Notes: generated by a model from the sequence alone, not told the origin. A stretch of DNA of 26,738 nt from an uncultured Erysipelothrix sp. (GCA_964464075.1 CAYXES010000003.1:1-26738); one strand, 5' to 3'. Shown: positions 1 through 11,326, counted from the stretch's first letter. Made by a program: numbers and translations.

Positions 1-2
1 GG

Positions 3-40
3 TGTAACCGCTTGCAAATAATTGTGAACTAGTATAAAAT
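3..40 (+). promoter_or_regulatory. sigma-A promoter of the DUF4332 gene with an overlapping cre (CcpA)-like site
   Basis: TTGCAA (12-17), 17 nt spacer, TAAAAT (35-40); TGTAACCGCTTGCA (3-16) resembles the cre consensus TGWAANCGNTNWCA; SD AAGGAGG at 48-54. Confidence 0.65.
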
Positions 41-63
41 TATCACTAAGGAGGAGTTCAAGT

Positions 64-468
64 ATGCCAAGAATTGACGTAGTTGAAGGAATTGGCCCAG
101 CTTATCAAGAAAAGTTAAATGCAATCGGTATTTATACGACCAATGATTACATTAAACGATGTGCCACGAAAAAAGGACGAGTAGAAGTTGCCCAGGAATC
201 TGGAATTTCTGAAAAATTGATTTTAACATGGGCTAACCACATTGATTTATTTAGAATCAAAGGGGTTAGCGAACAATTCGCCGAATTATTAGAAGGTGCT
301 GGAGTTGATACTGTGGTTGAACTTGCTCATCGTAATCCTGTAAATCTATACAACAAACTAAAAGAAACCAACGATGAAAAGAAATTAGTTCGTAGATTAC
401 CAGGCTTAAAGCAAGTTGAAAACTGGATCGCCCAGGCTAAAGACCTACCAAGACTTTTAGAATATTAA
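64..468 (+). CDS. DUF4332-type helix-hairpin-helix domain protein
   Basis: Two HhH-like motifs (IDVVEGIGPAYQEKL, LFRIKGVSEQFAELL) and C-terminal RRLP..QVENWIAQAK typical of DUF4332; strong SD. Confidence 0.8.
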   Translation: MPRIDVVEGIGPAYQEKLNAIGIYTTNDYIKRCATKKGRVEVAQESGISEKLILTWANHIDLFRIKGVSEQFAELLEGAGVDTVVELAHRNPVNLYNKLKETNDEKKLVRRLPGLKQVENWIAQAKDLPRLLEY

Positions 469-484
469 ACCTTAAATAAAGTCA

Positions 485-519
485 AAAAAAGAACCAACCG
501 TTAAGCAGTTGGTTTTTTT
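485..519. terminator. bidirectional intrinsic terminator
   Basis: AACCAAC (492-498) / GTTGGTT (508-514) stem flanked by A and T tracts, between convergent genes. Confidence 0.8.
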
Positions 520-532
520 AATAGTCAGAATA

Positions 533-1222
533 TTATGGATGTAGAATCTCTATGATCGATCTTAAGACATTTTGATCAAAACCATAATCAAAGGAATGGT
601 TTAAGCGTACTGCTTTACCAAAATGGTAAGCATCCGCTTGAATGGTTTGATCAAGGGCTTGAATGTTGTTTAAATCAAGACCAGAACCAGGCATGATGAT
701 GGGTCCATTCACTTCTCTTTGACGTTTAACCAATTCTTTAAGATGTTCTTGACCTTCCATGCAGTTGTCTTTACCTCCTGAGGTTAAAATCCATTTAACT
801 TCAGGATATTTGGATAAGACATCATAGGCTTCAAAAACATCCCGGCTTTGATCAAAAGCCCGGTGGAAAGTGATATTCATTTGGGGGAACTGACTAATGA
901 TGGTTTCTAAAAAGACTTCATCCACACTTAAATCCTCATTAAGAGCACCAACCACAATGTTAGTACCATGATACTTATCAATTAAGGCAATGGTATCTAG
1001 CATTTCAAGTTTGTCTTGATCACTGTAAATAAAAGAATCATCATGAGGTCTAACCATAATATGAACGGGTAAAAAATCCATTAATAAACAATCTTTAATG
1101 GTACGCTCATCGGGGGTTAAACCACCTTTATCCATATTGGATACCAATTCCACCCGACTAGCACGTCCATAAGCAGCTTCTACAATCTCTTTACTCTGTT
1201 GAACAATGACTTCCACAATCAT
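533..1222 (-). CDS. cutC: CutC-family TIM-barrel protein (copper homeostasis protein CutC)
   Basis: Motifs RVEL..GGLTP, HIMVRP, TFHRAFD, ILTSGG, IMPGSG; start moved from 1237 to ATG 1222 because GGAGGA lies 7 nt upstream of it. Confidence 0.85.
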   Translation of the reverse strand: MIVEVIVQQSKEIVEAAYGRASRVELVSNMDKGGLTPDERTIKDCLLMDFLPVHIMVRPHDDSFIYSDQDKLEMLDTIALIDKYHGTNIVVGALNEDLSVDEVFLETIISQFPQMNITFHRAFDQSRDVFEAYDVLSKYPEVKWILTSGGKDNCMEGQEHLKELVKRQREVNGPIIMPGSGLDLNNIQALDQTIQADAYHFGKAVRLNHSFDYGFDQNVLRSIIEILHP

Positions 1223-1354
1223 TTGATTATCCTCCATCTAACATACTTATTTTACCATAGAAGTCGCCAAAAGCAGCTGTTGAACATAGTCGAATATAAT
1301 CATTCTACTTTAATTTTTGGCTATTTCATTATAAAATCTAATTCGAGGTAAACT

Positions 1355-2338
1355 ATGAGATACATTATAAACAAATCAACCAATCCTTATTTTAATTTAG
1401 CCTTAGATGAATATGCTTTAAGGCAAGTGGATGTGGATGAAGACTTCTTTATTTTATGGCAGAATGAGCCTTCGGTTATTATTGGGAAGAATCAAAATAC
1501 CATGGAGGAGATTAATCAAGCCTATATTGATGAGCATGGTGTAAAAGTGGCCCGTCGGGTATCCGGTGGGGGCGCGGTTTATCATGATTTTGGGAACTTG
1601 AACTTTACTTTTATTATTAAGGTTGATGATCCTTCCACGGTTAACTATAAAAAATATGTACAACCGATTATTGATGCCTTAGGATCCATGAATATTAAGG
1701 CGGAAGCCAGTGGTCGTAATGATGTTTTAGTCGATGGTTTAAAGATATCAGGGAATGCTCAACGCATGGCTAATGGTAAGCTTATGCATCATGGTACTAT
1801 CCTTTTTGATGTGGATATTGAAGCCATGGTTCAGGCTCTTAGTGTGGATGCTACCAAGTATGTGTCTAAGGCATCTAAATCCGTACGTTCACGGGTAACG
1901 AATATTAAGGATCATTTACCACCTAACACGACTTTAGAAATGTTTTGGGAGAAACTCCATTACTATTTATCCAATAAAAATCAAGATGCTGAGATTGTCC
2001 TTAGTGAATCAGATTATGAGAAAATTAATAAACGGGCCCAAGAACAATTCTCTACTTGGGAGTGGAACTACGGGGCATCACCAGATTTTGATTACCATCA
2101 CAAATCCCGTTTTGATGGTGGAACTTTAGAAGTCAGTGCTCAGGTAGACCAAGGAGTCATTAAACTACTTCAGTTTAATGGTGACTTTTTAGGCCTTGAA
2201 GATGTATCAGCGATTGAAAAGGCACTAATTGGTGTACGTTATGACCTAGCGAGTGTCAAAGCATGCTTATCACAGTTTGATTTATCGCTTTATTTTGGGA
2301 TGATTTCACTTGAAAATATCCTTAGTTTGATGTTTTAA
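1355..2338 (+). CDS. lplA: lipoate-protein ligase A
   Basis: RRVSGGGAVYHDFGNLNFT, GRND, KISGNAQ, HGTILFD, WEWNYG motifs; directly upstream of pdh. Confidence 0.93.
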   Translation: MRYIINKSTNPYFNLALDEYALRQVDVDEDFFILWQNEPSVIIGKNQNTMEEINQAYIDEHGVKVARRVSGGGAVYHDFGNLNFTFIIKVDDPSTVNYKKYVQPIIDALGSMNIKAEASGRNDVLVDGLKISGNAQRMANGKLMHHGTILFDVDIEAMVQALSVDATKYVSKASKSVRSRVTNIKDHLPPNTTLEMFWEKLHYYLSNKNQDAEIVLSESDYEKINKRAQEQFSTWEWNYGASPDFDYHHKSRFDGGTLEVSAQVDQGVIKLLQFNGDFLGLEDVSAIEKALIGVRYDLASVKACLSQFDLSLYFGMISLENILSLMF

Positions 2339-2353
2339 GAGCGGGCATAATTA

Positions 2354-2408
2354 TTGAATAGCCCCTTCTTCGGTGGTAGGGTGAAATTGTGAGATGTAGT
2401 CCACAATT
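2354..2408 (+). promoter_or_regulatory. putative pdh promoter with downstream inverted-repeat operator
   Basis: TTGAAT (2354-2359), 17 nt, TGn-TAGGGT (2377-2382); inverted repeat AATTGTG-N10-CACAATT at 2385-2408. Confidence 0.45.
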
Positions 2409-2410
2409 AA

Positions 2411-3550
<1,140 letters not shown>

Positions 3551-3552
3551 TC

Positions 3553-4536
3553 ATGGCTGAACTAACGATGATTCAAGCAATTACCCAAGCTTTAGATCAA
3601 GCGCTTGAAAATGATCCCAACACCCTAATCTTTGGGGAAGATGTTGGGGTTAATGGAGGTGTCTTTCGGGCAACCGATGGCCTTCATGAGAAATATGGGG
3701 AAGAACGGGTCTTTGATACACCTTTGGCTGAATCAGCCATTGGAGGCTTAGCCTATGGTTTAGCTTTGGAAGACTTCCGTCCGATTATGGAAATTCAATT
3801 TTTTGGTTTTGTTTTTGAGGTCATGGACTCCTTGGTCGCTCAAATGGCACGTAAACGTTACCGCTCTGGTAATACCCGTTCCATGCCAGTGACCATTCGT
3901 TCACCTTTTGGGGGTGGAGTTCATACCCCTGAGTTGCATGCGGATAGTTTAGAAAGCTTAATTGCGCATTCTCCGGGAATTCGCGTGGTAATTCCTTCCA
4001 ATCCTTATGATGCCAAAGGTTTACTCTTAGCATCGATTGAAAGTAATGATCCGGTGGTCTTCTTAGAACATATGCGTCTCTATCGTTCCTTTAAAGAAGA
4101 AGTACCAGCCGAATACTATACCGTGGAACTTGATAAGGCCAATGTGGTAATGGAAGGTGATGATATCACCTTAGTAACCTATGGTTACATGGTGCAAGAA
4201 GCTAAAAAGGCAGCCCTTGCCTTAGCTGAGCAAAATATCAAGGTGGAAGTGATTGACTTACGTACCATTTCACCAATTGACGTGGAAACCATTGTGAAGT
4301 CGGTTGAGAAAACCGGACGTTTAATCGTGGTGCAAGAAGCACAACGCCAAGCTGGCGTTGGGGCAACCATTATTGCGGAAGTTGCGGAACGTGCCATCTT
4401 AAGTCTTAAAGCTCCGATTGCTCGCGTTGCGGCTCCAGATACCGTTTATCCATTTGGCTTAGCGGAACATGATTGGTTACCAAACCAAGAAGATATTAAA
4501 GAAGCAATACTTAAGCTCATGAGTTTTGAGGTGTAA
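3553..4536 (+). CDS. pdhB: pyruvate dehydrogenase E1 beta subunit
   Basis: [47 protein letters not shown] motifs. Confidence 0.96.
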   Translation: MAELTMIQAITQALDQALENDPNTLIFGEDVGVNGGVFRATDGLHEKYGEERVFDTPLAESAIGGLAYGLALEDFRPIMEIQFFGFVFEVMDSLVAQMARKRYRSGNTRSMPVTIRSPFGGGVHTPELHADSLESLIAHSPGIRVVIPSNPYDAKGLLLASIESNDPVVFLEHMRLYRSFKEEVPAEYYTVELDKANVVMEGDDITLVTYGYMVQEAKKAALALAEQNIKVEVIDLRTISPIDVETIVKSVEKTGRLIVVQEAQRQAGVGATIIAEVAERAILSLKAPIARVAAPDTVYPFGLAEHDWLPNQEDIKEAILKLMSFEV

Positions 4537-4546
4537 AGGAGGATCT

Positions 4547-5089
4547 ATGACATACATATACAAGATGCCGGATGTGGGTGAAGGCCTACATGAAGGTGAA
4601 ATCATAAGTTGGTTTGTCAAAGAAGGGGATTTCATTAAAGAAGATGAACCACTTTTAGAGATCCAAAATGACAAACTCTTACAAGAGATTCCAGCACCTC
4701 GTACTGGAATCATCAAGAAAATATTTAAAGCAGCGGGTGCCATTGCCCAAGTGGGTGAAGATCTGGTTGAGTTCCAACTAGAGGGATCAGCCCAAGCTGA
4801 AGCTGAACCAGTTGAAACGACAACTGAAGCAACCCAAACTACCACTACTGCAGGCCACCCCTTTAGCTTTGCCATGCCGGATGTCGGTGAAGGCATTCAT
4901 GAAGGGGAAATTATCCTATGGTATGTGAAGGAAGGGGACTTCATTGAAGAAGCTGAACCCCTACTAGAAATTCAAAATGATAAACTAACCCAAGATATCT
5001 TAGCGCCCGTTACCGGAAAAGTAACCAGCATTAAGTTTGATGTGGGTAGTGTGGTTCAAGTGGGTCAGATTATCGTGGATTTTGAAACT
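4547..5089 (+). repeat. internal duplication of the lipoyl domain (about 4547-4780 and 4862-5089)
   Basis: Near-identical DNA ATGCCGGATGT.GGTGAAGGC.T.CATGAAGG.GAAAT at 4565 and 4874. Confidence 0.85.
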
Positions 5090-6154
5090 GAAGAAGATCA
5101 ACAAGGTCGCTTTTCGAAGCCTTTAGCACAAACTGCGAAAACTGAAGCAGTTGTAGAGGCACCAAAAGCATCTGGTATTAAAGTGGTTGATACCCGTGCT
5201 ACAGAAGCACCTGCAAGTGCTCCAGCCGCATCGACTGAAGCAACCGGCGTGATTTTGGCTATGCCATCTATCCGTCGTTATGCCCATCAAAATGATGTGG
5301 TTTTAAGTTTAGTAAAAGGAACTGGTTCACGGGGCCATATTACCAAAGCGGATATTGATCAATATCTCGCAAGTCCAAGCCCACAAGTGATTGAAAGTAC
5401 TCAAAGTGCACCAGTCACAAGTAGTCCAGTCCTTGAAGTGGTCGAAGGTGAAATGACCAGTCGTCAAAAAATGACTGTAACTCGCCGTGCCATTTCTCAA
5501 GCCATGCGCCAATCGAAAGATAAGGCCGCGCATGTTACCTTATTTGATGAGGTGGAAGTATCGAAACTAATGGCTCATCGAGCTCGTTTTAAAGAACACG
5601 CTCAAGCACAAGGTATTAAGCTAACTTATTTAAGCTATGCCATAAAAGCACTGATTAGTGTGGTTAAGAAATATCCAGTCCTCAATGCATCCATTGATGA
5701 TGCGACCCAGGAGATTGTGTATAAGAATTACTATAACATTGGTTTTGCGACCGATACTGAGCATGGTCTTTATGTCCCTAACATTAAACATGCAGATCAA
5801 AAATCTATGTTTAAGATTGCGACTGAAATCGTAACCTTAGCCCAAGCGGCTCATAATCAAGCCTTATCCATGTCGGATATGCGTGATGGTACCATTACCA
5901 TCACCAACATTGGATCGGCTGCCGGTTTATGGTTTACACCAATTATTAATTATCCAGAAGTTGCGATTTTAGGTTTAGGTCGGATTGATAAGAAACCGAT
6001 TGTCTTAGATGATGATAGCATTGGGGTTGGTCATATGATGGCCTTATCCTTAAGCTTTGATCATCGGATTGTGGATGGGATGACCGCCCAATTAGCGATG
6101 AATGAATTAAAACGACTGCTTAGTGATCCTGAGTTGTTGTTGATGGAAATGTAG
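4547..6154 (+). CDS. pdhC: dihydrolipoamide acetyltransferase E2 with two lipoyl domains
   Basis: Two MPDVGEG..QNDK lipoyl domains, E3-binding GTGSRGHITKADI, catalytic DHRIVDG; SD AAGGAGGA before ATG 4547. Confidence 0.96.
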   Translation: MTYIYKMPDVGEGLHEGEIISWFVKEGDFIKEDEPLLEIQNDKLLQEIPAPRTGIIKKIFKAAGAIAQVGEDLVEFQLEGSAQAEAEPVETTTEATQTTTTAGHPFSFAMPDVGEGIHEGEIILWYVKEGDFIEEAEPLLEIQNDKLTQDILAPVTGKVTSIKFDVGSVVQVGQIIVDFETEEDQQGRFSKPLAQTAKTEAVVEAPKASGIKVVDTRATEAPASAPAASTEATGVILAMPSIRRYAHQNDVVLSLVKGTGSRGHITKADIDQYLASPSPQVIESTQSAPVTSSPVLEVVEGEMTSRQKMTVTRRAISQAMRQSKDKAAHVTLFDEVEVSKLMAHRARFKEHAQAQGIKLTYLSYAIKALISVVKKYPVLNASIDDATQEIVYKNYYNIGFATDTEHGLYVPNIKHADQKSMFKIATEIVTLAQAAHNQALSMSDMRDGTITITNIGSAAGLWFTPIINYPEVAILGLGRIDKKPIVLDDDSIGVGHMMALSLSFDHRIVDGMTAQLAMNELKRLLSDPELLLMEM

Positions 6155-6168
6155 GGAGGTAAACAACT

Positions 6169-7575
6169 ATGGTTGTTGGTGATATTGCCATCGATCTGGA
6201 TACCATTGTTATAGGTTCGGGACCCGGTGGTTATGTGGCTGCGATTCGGGCAGCCCAACTTGGAAAAAAAGTAACGATTGTTGAACGTGATGCGATTGGT
6301 GGGGTGTGTTTAAATGTGGGATGTATCCCATCAAAAGCATTGATTAATGCAGGTCATCAATATCAAAATGCCCTTTATGCTAAGCAAATGGGGATTAATA
6401 TTGATGATGTTAGTGTTGATTTTAAGGCGACCCAAAAGTGGAAAGACGAAGAAGTGGTTCGTAAACTTACGCGCGGGATTGAAGCCTTACTTAAAAAGAA
6501 TAAAGTAGAAATTATTAAAGGCACGGCCTTTTTCAATGACACCCATCAACTACGGGTTGTGGATGATGAATTCGCCCAATCCTATACCTTTAAGAATGCG
6601 ATTATTGCAACCGGAAGTCGTCCCATTGAAATCAATGGTTTCAAGTTCTCTAAGCGGGTACTTGATTCAACTGGAGGTCTTAACCTTAAAGAAATCCCTA
6701 AGAAGCTAATAGTGATTGGGGGCGGTTATATCGGGAGTGAACTTGCCGGGGTATACGCTAATCTAGGAAGTGAAGTTACCATTATTGAAGGATTGCCTTC
6801 CATCTTAGCGCAATTTGATGATGATATGATTAAGTTAGTAGTGGATGAATTTAAAGCTAAAAATGTTAATATCATCACCAGTGCCAAAGCCATTGAAGCG
6901 ATTGAAAATGATGATGGCGTTTCAGTAACTTATGAGGTTGATAATAAACAAGAAACCATTGAAGGAGACTATGTTTTAGTCACCGTGGGTCGCCGTCCTA
7001 ATACGGATGATTTAGGTTTAAATATGGCAGGTGTGGAAGTGAATGAACGTGGCTTAATCAATGTTGATAATCAAGGACGCACCTCCCAAGCGCATATCTT
7101 TGCGATTGGGGATGTAGTACCTGGTCTTGCCTTAGCGCATAAGGCCAGCTATGAAGCAAAAGTAGCTGCCGAAGTCATTGCCGGTCAAGATAATATTATT
7201 GATTATGTGACCATTCCGGCAGTCTGTTTCACCGATCCTGAACTCGCTAGTGTCGGCTTAACTCAAAGTGAAGCCCAGGCTCAAAACTTTAAGGTGAAGG
7301 TTGCGACCTTCCCACTGGCAGCCAATGCCCGCGCCTTGTCCTTAAACGCACCTCAGGGCTTTGTACGCTTGGTTTCAGATGCCGATACTGGATTACTGCT
7401 CGGTGGTCAAATCGCCGGTGTAGGAGCCTCAGACATCATTGGAGAGCTTGGTTTAGCGATTGAAGCACGGATGAATGTCGAAGATTTGGCTTTAACCATA
7501 CACGCTCATCCAACTTTAGCGGAAACGATTATGGATGCTTCAGATTTATCCTTGGGTTTCCCAATTCATATCTAA
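6169..7575 (+). CDS. pdhD: dihydrolipoamide dehydrogenase E3
   Basis: GSGPGGY FAD motif, redox [19 protein letters not shown] motif, HAHPTLAE. Confidence 0.97.
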   Translation: MVVGDIAIDLDTIVIGSGPGGYVAAIRAAQLGKKVTIVERDAIGGVCLNVGCIPSKALINAGHQYQNALYAKQMGINIDDVSVDFKATQKWKDEEVVRKLTRGIEALLKKNKVEIIKGTAFFNDTHQLRVVDDEFAQSYTFKNAIIATGSRPIEINGFKFSKRVLDSTGGLNLKEIPKKLIVIGGGYIGSELAGVYANLGSEVTIIEGLPSILAQFDDDMIKLVVDEFKAKNVNIITSAKAIEAIENDDGVSVTYEVDNKQETIEGDYVLVTVGRRPNTDDLGLNMAGVEVNERGLINVDNQGRTSQAHIFAIGDVVPGLALAHKASYEAKVAAEVIAGQDNIIDYVTIPAVCFTDPELASVGLTQSEAQAQNFKVKVATFPLAANARALSLNAPQGFVRLVSDADTGLLLGGQIAGVGASDIIGELGLAIEARMNVEDLALTIHAHPTLAETIMDASDLSLGFPIHI

Positions 7576-7585
7576 GTAACATAAG

Positions 7586-7611
7586 AAAAACTCTCGATTG
7601 AGAGTTTTTTT
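7586..7611. terminator. bidirectional intrinsic terminator
   Basis: AAAAACTCTC-GATT-GAGAGTTTTT perfect hairpin between convergent pdhD and the macrodomain gene. Confidence 0.88.
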
Positions 7612-7634
7612 GTGTTCTAATAAAGAAGCAACAA

Positions 7635-8096
7635 CTAAGGGTAAAGACAGAGATAAACCTTGAGTGGATGTTGATCAATAAAAGCTTCAATGGTTTTAAT
7701 GGCGATCTGCTTAGCTTGCTGGTAAGGATAACCATAAATACCCGCTGAGATCAAGGGAAAGGCCATGGATTGGCACTCCTGCTTCAGCGCTAATTTCATA
7801 GAATTTAGATAAGCCATTTCAAGTTGTTTAGCTTCATTGGATTGTCCATCTTGATAGATGGGCCCCACTGTATGAATAATATACCTAGCTTTTAAATTGA
7901 AGCCTGGTGTAATCACCGCTTGTGAGGTTGAGATTGGTGCCAGTGGCTGACAAGCTGCGCTTAAGGCATCTATCCCAGCCGCTTTAAATATCGCACCACA
8001 AACTCCACCACCCATAATTAACTTAGAATTAGCGGCATTCACAATGACATCCACATCCATTTGCGTGATATCTTGATGAACCATCTTAAAGCTCAT
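7635..8096 (-). CDS. macrodomain protein (MacroD/YmdB-like ADP-ribose binding or hydrolase)
   Basis: DIT..DVIVNAAN..GGGVCGAIF, IIHTVGP, AFPLISAGIYGYP; SD GAGGAG. Confidence 0.9.
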   Translation of the reverse strand: MSFKMVHQDITQMDVDVIVNAANSKLIMGGGVCGAIFKAAGIDALSAACQPLAPISTSQAVITPGFNLKARYIIHTVGPIYQDGQSNEAKQLEMAYLNSMKLALKQECQSMAFPLISAGIYGYPYQQAKQIAIKTIEAFIDQHPLKVYLCLYP

Positions 8097-8144
8097 TGGA
8101 TCACTCCTCTTATAATATGTTGATAAGTTTATTTACCTAACAAG

Positions 8145-8153
8145 ATTATAGCA
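8145..8153 (-). promoter_or_regulatory. extended -10 promoter of the macrodomain gene
   Basis: TGCTATAAT on the minus strand; no good -35. Confidence 0.5.
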
Positions 8154-8158
8154 TGCTT

Positions 8159-8184
8159 AAAAAAAGAGCGTTTAGAACGCTCTT
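8159..8184 (-). terminator. intrinsic terminator overlapping the permease stop codon
   Basis: Minus strand AAGAGCGTT-CTA-AACGCTCTT followed by a T tract. Confidence 0.8.
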
Positions 8185-10649
8185 AAATCTTCGACTAGAT
8201 TTAACTTCTTACTCTCTACATACAAGGAATAAGAATTCACGATAATAATCAGAATCACTAAGGTACTCGCTAATATGAGAATTTTGATGGGGAAAGAAAA
8301 CTGAATTTGACCATGAAGATCAAAGAGTTCAACGCTGAGGCGATAAATGCCATAGGCCAAGCTAGTCCCTAAGGCTGAACCAAGCAGCCAAGGTTGACCA
8401 ACACTATAGATACTTTCATAGATAAACATACTTAGGATATCTTTACGCTGGGCACCCAGTGAGCGTAAGGCTGCGATTTCAGGCTTACGCTTTTGATAAC
8501 TCGCCATGGATATGGAAACCATATTAATTAAGATGACAATCGCAATGAAAATAAAGACCGCAGTCGTAATAGTATTGATCGAATATTTAATGGTTCGATT
8601 CATTAAATCTTCATAACGAGTACTGTAAAGGTTGATCGTCATCGGTAACTCTTGATCCAGTATTTTTAGGTTTAAGGCTTTTATTTCCAGGGCATCTAAA
8701 TCACTCTCAAGTAGAAATTGAATATAGCTAATTCCTAATTTGGATGTGATTAGCGATTGATAATGATCAAGTGAAATAATAACTAGAGGAGAGGAACGAT
8801 CGAGATAATAGAAATCTAATGGCATATTTTCTATGACATCATCAACCGCAATACTAAGATCAACTTTCCCATCCGTTAGTTTAAGGACATCCTCTGCCTT
8901 TACATCATACATGGGCCCATCATAATCAAGTAAAATATCTTCGCCCCAGTATTCTTTAATCTGCATATGGTTATATAAAACTACACGATCAAGGCTTTGT
9001 GATGAAGCTTTGATTTGTTTTAAGAAAGCTTTCATACTTTGGTTATCTAAACCAAGGATCGTAATATCAAAGCGGCCTCTATCTTCTGGATCAAGGTTTA
9101 ATGCTAAAACATTGGGATGATATGCAAACTCATCGTTAAGGGTGAGGTAGGTCGTTTCATAGTAATGAACTTGACTCTTAATCTCTTTTTCGGCATCAAG
9201 GATGAGTTGTAGCTTCGCCATATCTTGATTTAAGTTGTCAATTTGGGACATGCCTCGCATCGTGATAGTTGTGTCATGTTTGCGAACTAAGGCTTCCGAG
9301 AAATTAAGCAAAGAACCAACCCAGGCATTAATGACGATTAAGATTACCAGCGCAATCCCTAGGGAAGCTTTAATTCCTTTATAGTCTTGGTGACGCATGA
9401 TATTAAAGCGAGCATATTGTTTTAATGGTTTTGTTGATAAGGTAGTTTGTGCTTTAATCTTTTTAATCTGTTTGAGGCGCAGGGTTTCTAAGGAACTACG
9501 TTTAAAGAGTTTACGACTCATAACAATTAAGGCTAAGGCAATGGCGATGATCGCTCCAACAATAATGATCAGAAGCACCGGAAAAGGAAGGTTAAAGAAT
9601 ATGTTTGGGATTTCTCGTGTCGAATCGATAAAAATCGAACCAAGATTATTATGGAGAAACTTTAGTAATAAGAGTGTGAGTAACATCCCCATCCCTAAGC
9701 CCAAGCTAATACCAATAAAACCTAAGAGCATGGCCTCAAATATTAGTACCAACTTGAGTTGATTTTGGGTTGCCCCAACGGAGCGTAGAACCCCAAAGGT
9801 ATGGAACTTATGAGTAAAGAGAGTATTGAAGGCATTGAAGATAAGTGAGAAAGTCGCTAGAGCTACAATTACAATCATGGTTAGGGTAATCACAATAAAG
9901 CCGTAGAGTACCGGTGGTGCTTTACTTTGAAAGCCCCCAAAGAAATTATACTCTTCATTATAATAAGCAAGAGCCCCTTCATAAGCTAGCGTAGGATTGT
10001 TGAGGGCAGCTCCAATAAGTTGATCAATATTTTTAGTACCTTTAACGAAAGCCAAATCAATATATAAACCATGTGGTCCAACCTCGATCTCATTTGGTTT
10101 TTGATAAAAGCTGGCAATACGATCCTTTTTAGAACGACCCACCACGATTGCTTCAATCTGATGACTTGCTTGCGTTTCATTATCAATGATTTCGATCGTC
10201 ACTTGATCATTGATTTGAAGCGGTGAGCCTTGTGGAATCACAATCTCATTGATGCTAGTCGAGGCGCGTCCATCGATGATGGTTTTCTCATCACAAAATT
10301 CTTTTGGCTCATCCAAATGACATGGACCATAGGTTGAGCTAGTAAGATAGATATCATCTTCAAGTAGCATCATACGAAGTCCGCTACTTTCAATTCCCAC
10401 ATTAAAAGCTGCAATATGTTCCCGTCCAATCGCATCTAAAAATGGGTCTAATTCTTTAATCCGTACCACCGATGCATTCGATTCAATTTCACGGGTCATG
10501 TGTTTACCATAACTGGCGAAAACACTGGTCATGGTCATGGAGACCATGCTGATCATAGCGATGGTTAAGGCCACACTAAGAATCACCAGAAAAGAAGTAT
10601 AACCGTACTTCTTCAGATTAGATGCGGATAGTTGCCACAATATTTTCAT
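8172..10649 (-). CDS. ABC exporter permease, FtsX/MacB-like, duplicated architecture
   Basis: Multiple TM segments; two FtsX-type motifs (FGVLRSVGAT, IAALRSLGAQ); 4-nt overlap with the ATPase gene. Confidence 0.88.
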   Translation of the reverse strand: MKILWQLSASNLKKYGYTSFLVILSVALTIAMISMVSMTMTSVFASYGKHMTREIESNASVVRIKELDPFLDAIGREHIAAFNVGIESSGLRMMLLEDDIYLTSSTYGPCHLDEPKEFCDEKTIIDGRASTSINEIVIPQGSPLQINDQVTIEIIDNETQASHQIEAIVVGRSKKDRIASFYQKPNEIEVGPHGLYIDLAFVKGTKNIDQLIGAALNNPTLAYEGALAYYNEEYNFFGGFQSKAPPVLYGFIVITLTMIVIVALATFSLIFNAFNTLFTHKFHTFGVLRSVGATQNQLKLVLIFEAMLLGFIGISLGLGMGMLLTLLLLKFLHNNLGSIFIDSTREIPNIFFNLPFPVLLIIIVGAIIAIALALIVMSRKLFKRSSLETLRLKQIKKIKAQTTLSTKPLKQYARFNIMRHQDYKGIKASLGIALVILIVINAWVGSLLNFSEALVRKHDTTITMRGMSQIDNLNQDMAKLQLILDAEKEIKSQVHYYETTYLTLNDEFAYHPNVLALNLDPEDRGRFDITILGLDNQSMKAFLKQIKASSQSLDRVVLYNHMQIKEYWGEDILLDYDGPMYDVKAEDVLKLTDGKVDLSIAVDDVIENMPLDFYYLDRSSPLVIISLDHYQSLITSKLGISYIQFLLESDLDALEIKALNLKILDQELPMTINLYSTRYEDLMNRTIKYSINTITTAVFIFIAIVILINMVSISMASYQKRKPEIAALRSLGAQRKDILSMFIYESIYSVGQPWLLGSALGTSLAYGIYRLSVELFDLHGQIQFSFPIKILILASTLVILIIIVNSYSLYVESKKLNLVEDLRAF

Positions 10650-11326
10650 ACCAGCACCTCATCAAGGATGATTTTCCCATCCTCAAGTTTAATGATACGG
10701 TTGGCTTGTTGGGCGATGCTTTCATCATGAGTAATCAAAATAATGGTTTGATTGAGCTCTTGATGGGATGTTTTAATGGTATCGATGATTTCTTGGGAAT
10801 TCTTCTGGTCTAGATTACCGGTAGGTTCATCCAGCAAGAGTAATGAAGGACGATTCATAAGAGCCCGCGCAATGGAAACCCGTTGTTGTTGACCACCGGA
10901 TAGTTGACTGGGTAAATGGCTTAAGCGATCCACTAAATGGAATTTGTTGATCAACAAATCAAAATATGTTTCATCCACTTTTTCATTATCAAGCAGAATA
11001 GGTAAGCGGATATTATTGCCAACATCCAAGGTTGGAATTAAATTATAAAACTGATAAACTAAACCAATCTGTCTTCTACGAAAGATGGTCAGGGCATTTT
11101 CATTTAATCGTGAAATATCAACCCCATCAATTTCAATGGATCCTGAAGTTGGGGTATCTACACAACCCAACATATGGATAAGGGTTGATTTACCACTACC
11201 ACTAGCACCTACTACCGCAATGAATTCACCTTTATCCACTGAAAAAGAGACATCATTTAACGCATAAATGTCTTCCTGAGCTTGTTTATAAATTTTTGTA
11301 AGATTTTTGACTTCTAATAGTTTCAT
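10646..11326 (-). CDS. ABC transporter ATP-binding protein (LolD/MacB type)
   Basis: Walker A GASGSGKS, signature LSGGQQQ, Walker B LLLLDEP, H-loop ITHD. Confidence 0.95.
   Translation of the reverse strand: MKLLEVKNLTKIYKQAQEDIYALNDVSFSVDKGEFIAVVGASGSGKSTLIHMLGCVDTPTSGSIEIDGVDISRLNENALTIFRRRQIGLVYQFYNLIPTLDVGNNIRLPILLDNEKVDETYFDLLINKFHLVDRLSHLPSQLSGGQQQRVSIARALMNRPSLLLLDEPTGNLDQKNSQEIIDTIKTSHQELNQTIILITHDESIAQQANRIIKLEDGKIILDEVLV

Noticed and set aside
2367-2388. CTTCGGTGGTAGGGTGAAATT resembles the 5' end of an FMN riboswitch (CTTCGGGGCAGGGTGAAATTCCC)
   Set aside because: The downstream CCCGACCGGCGGT and all later helices are absent, and the segment is explained as a -35/-10 spacer
4547-5089. 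Two lipoyl domains in E2 as a novelty
   Set aside because: Established architecture in several Firmicutes such as Enterococcus and Listeria
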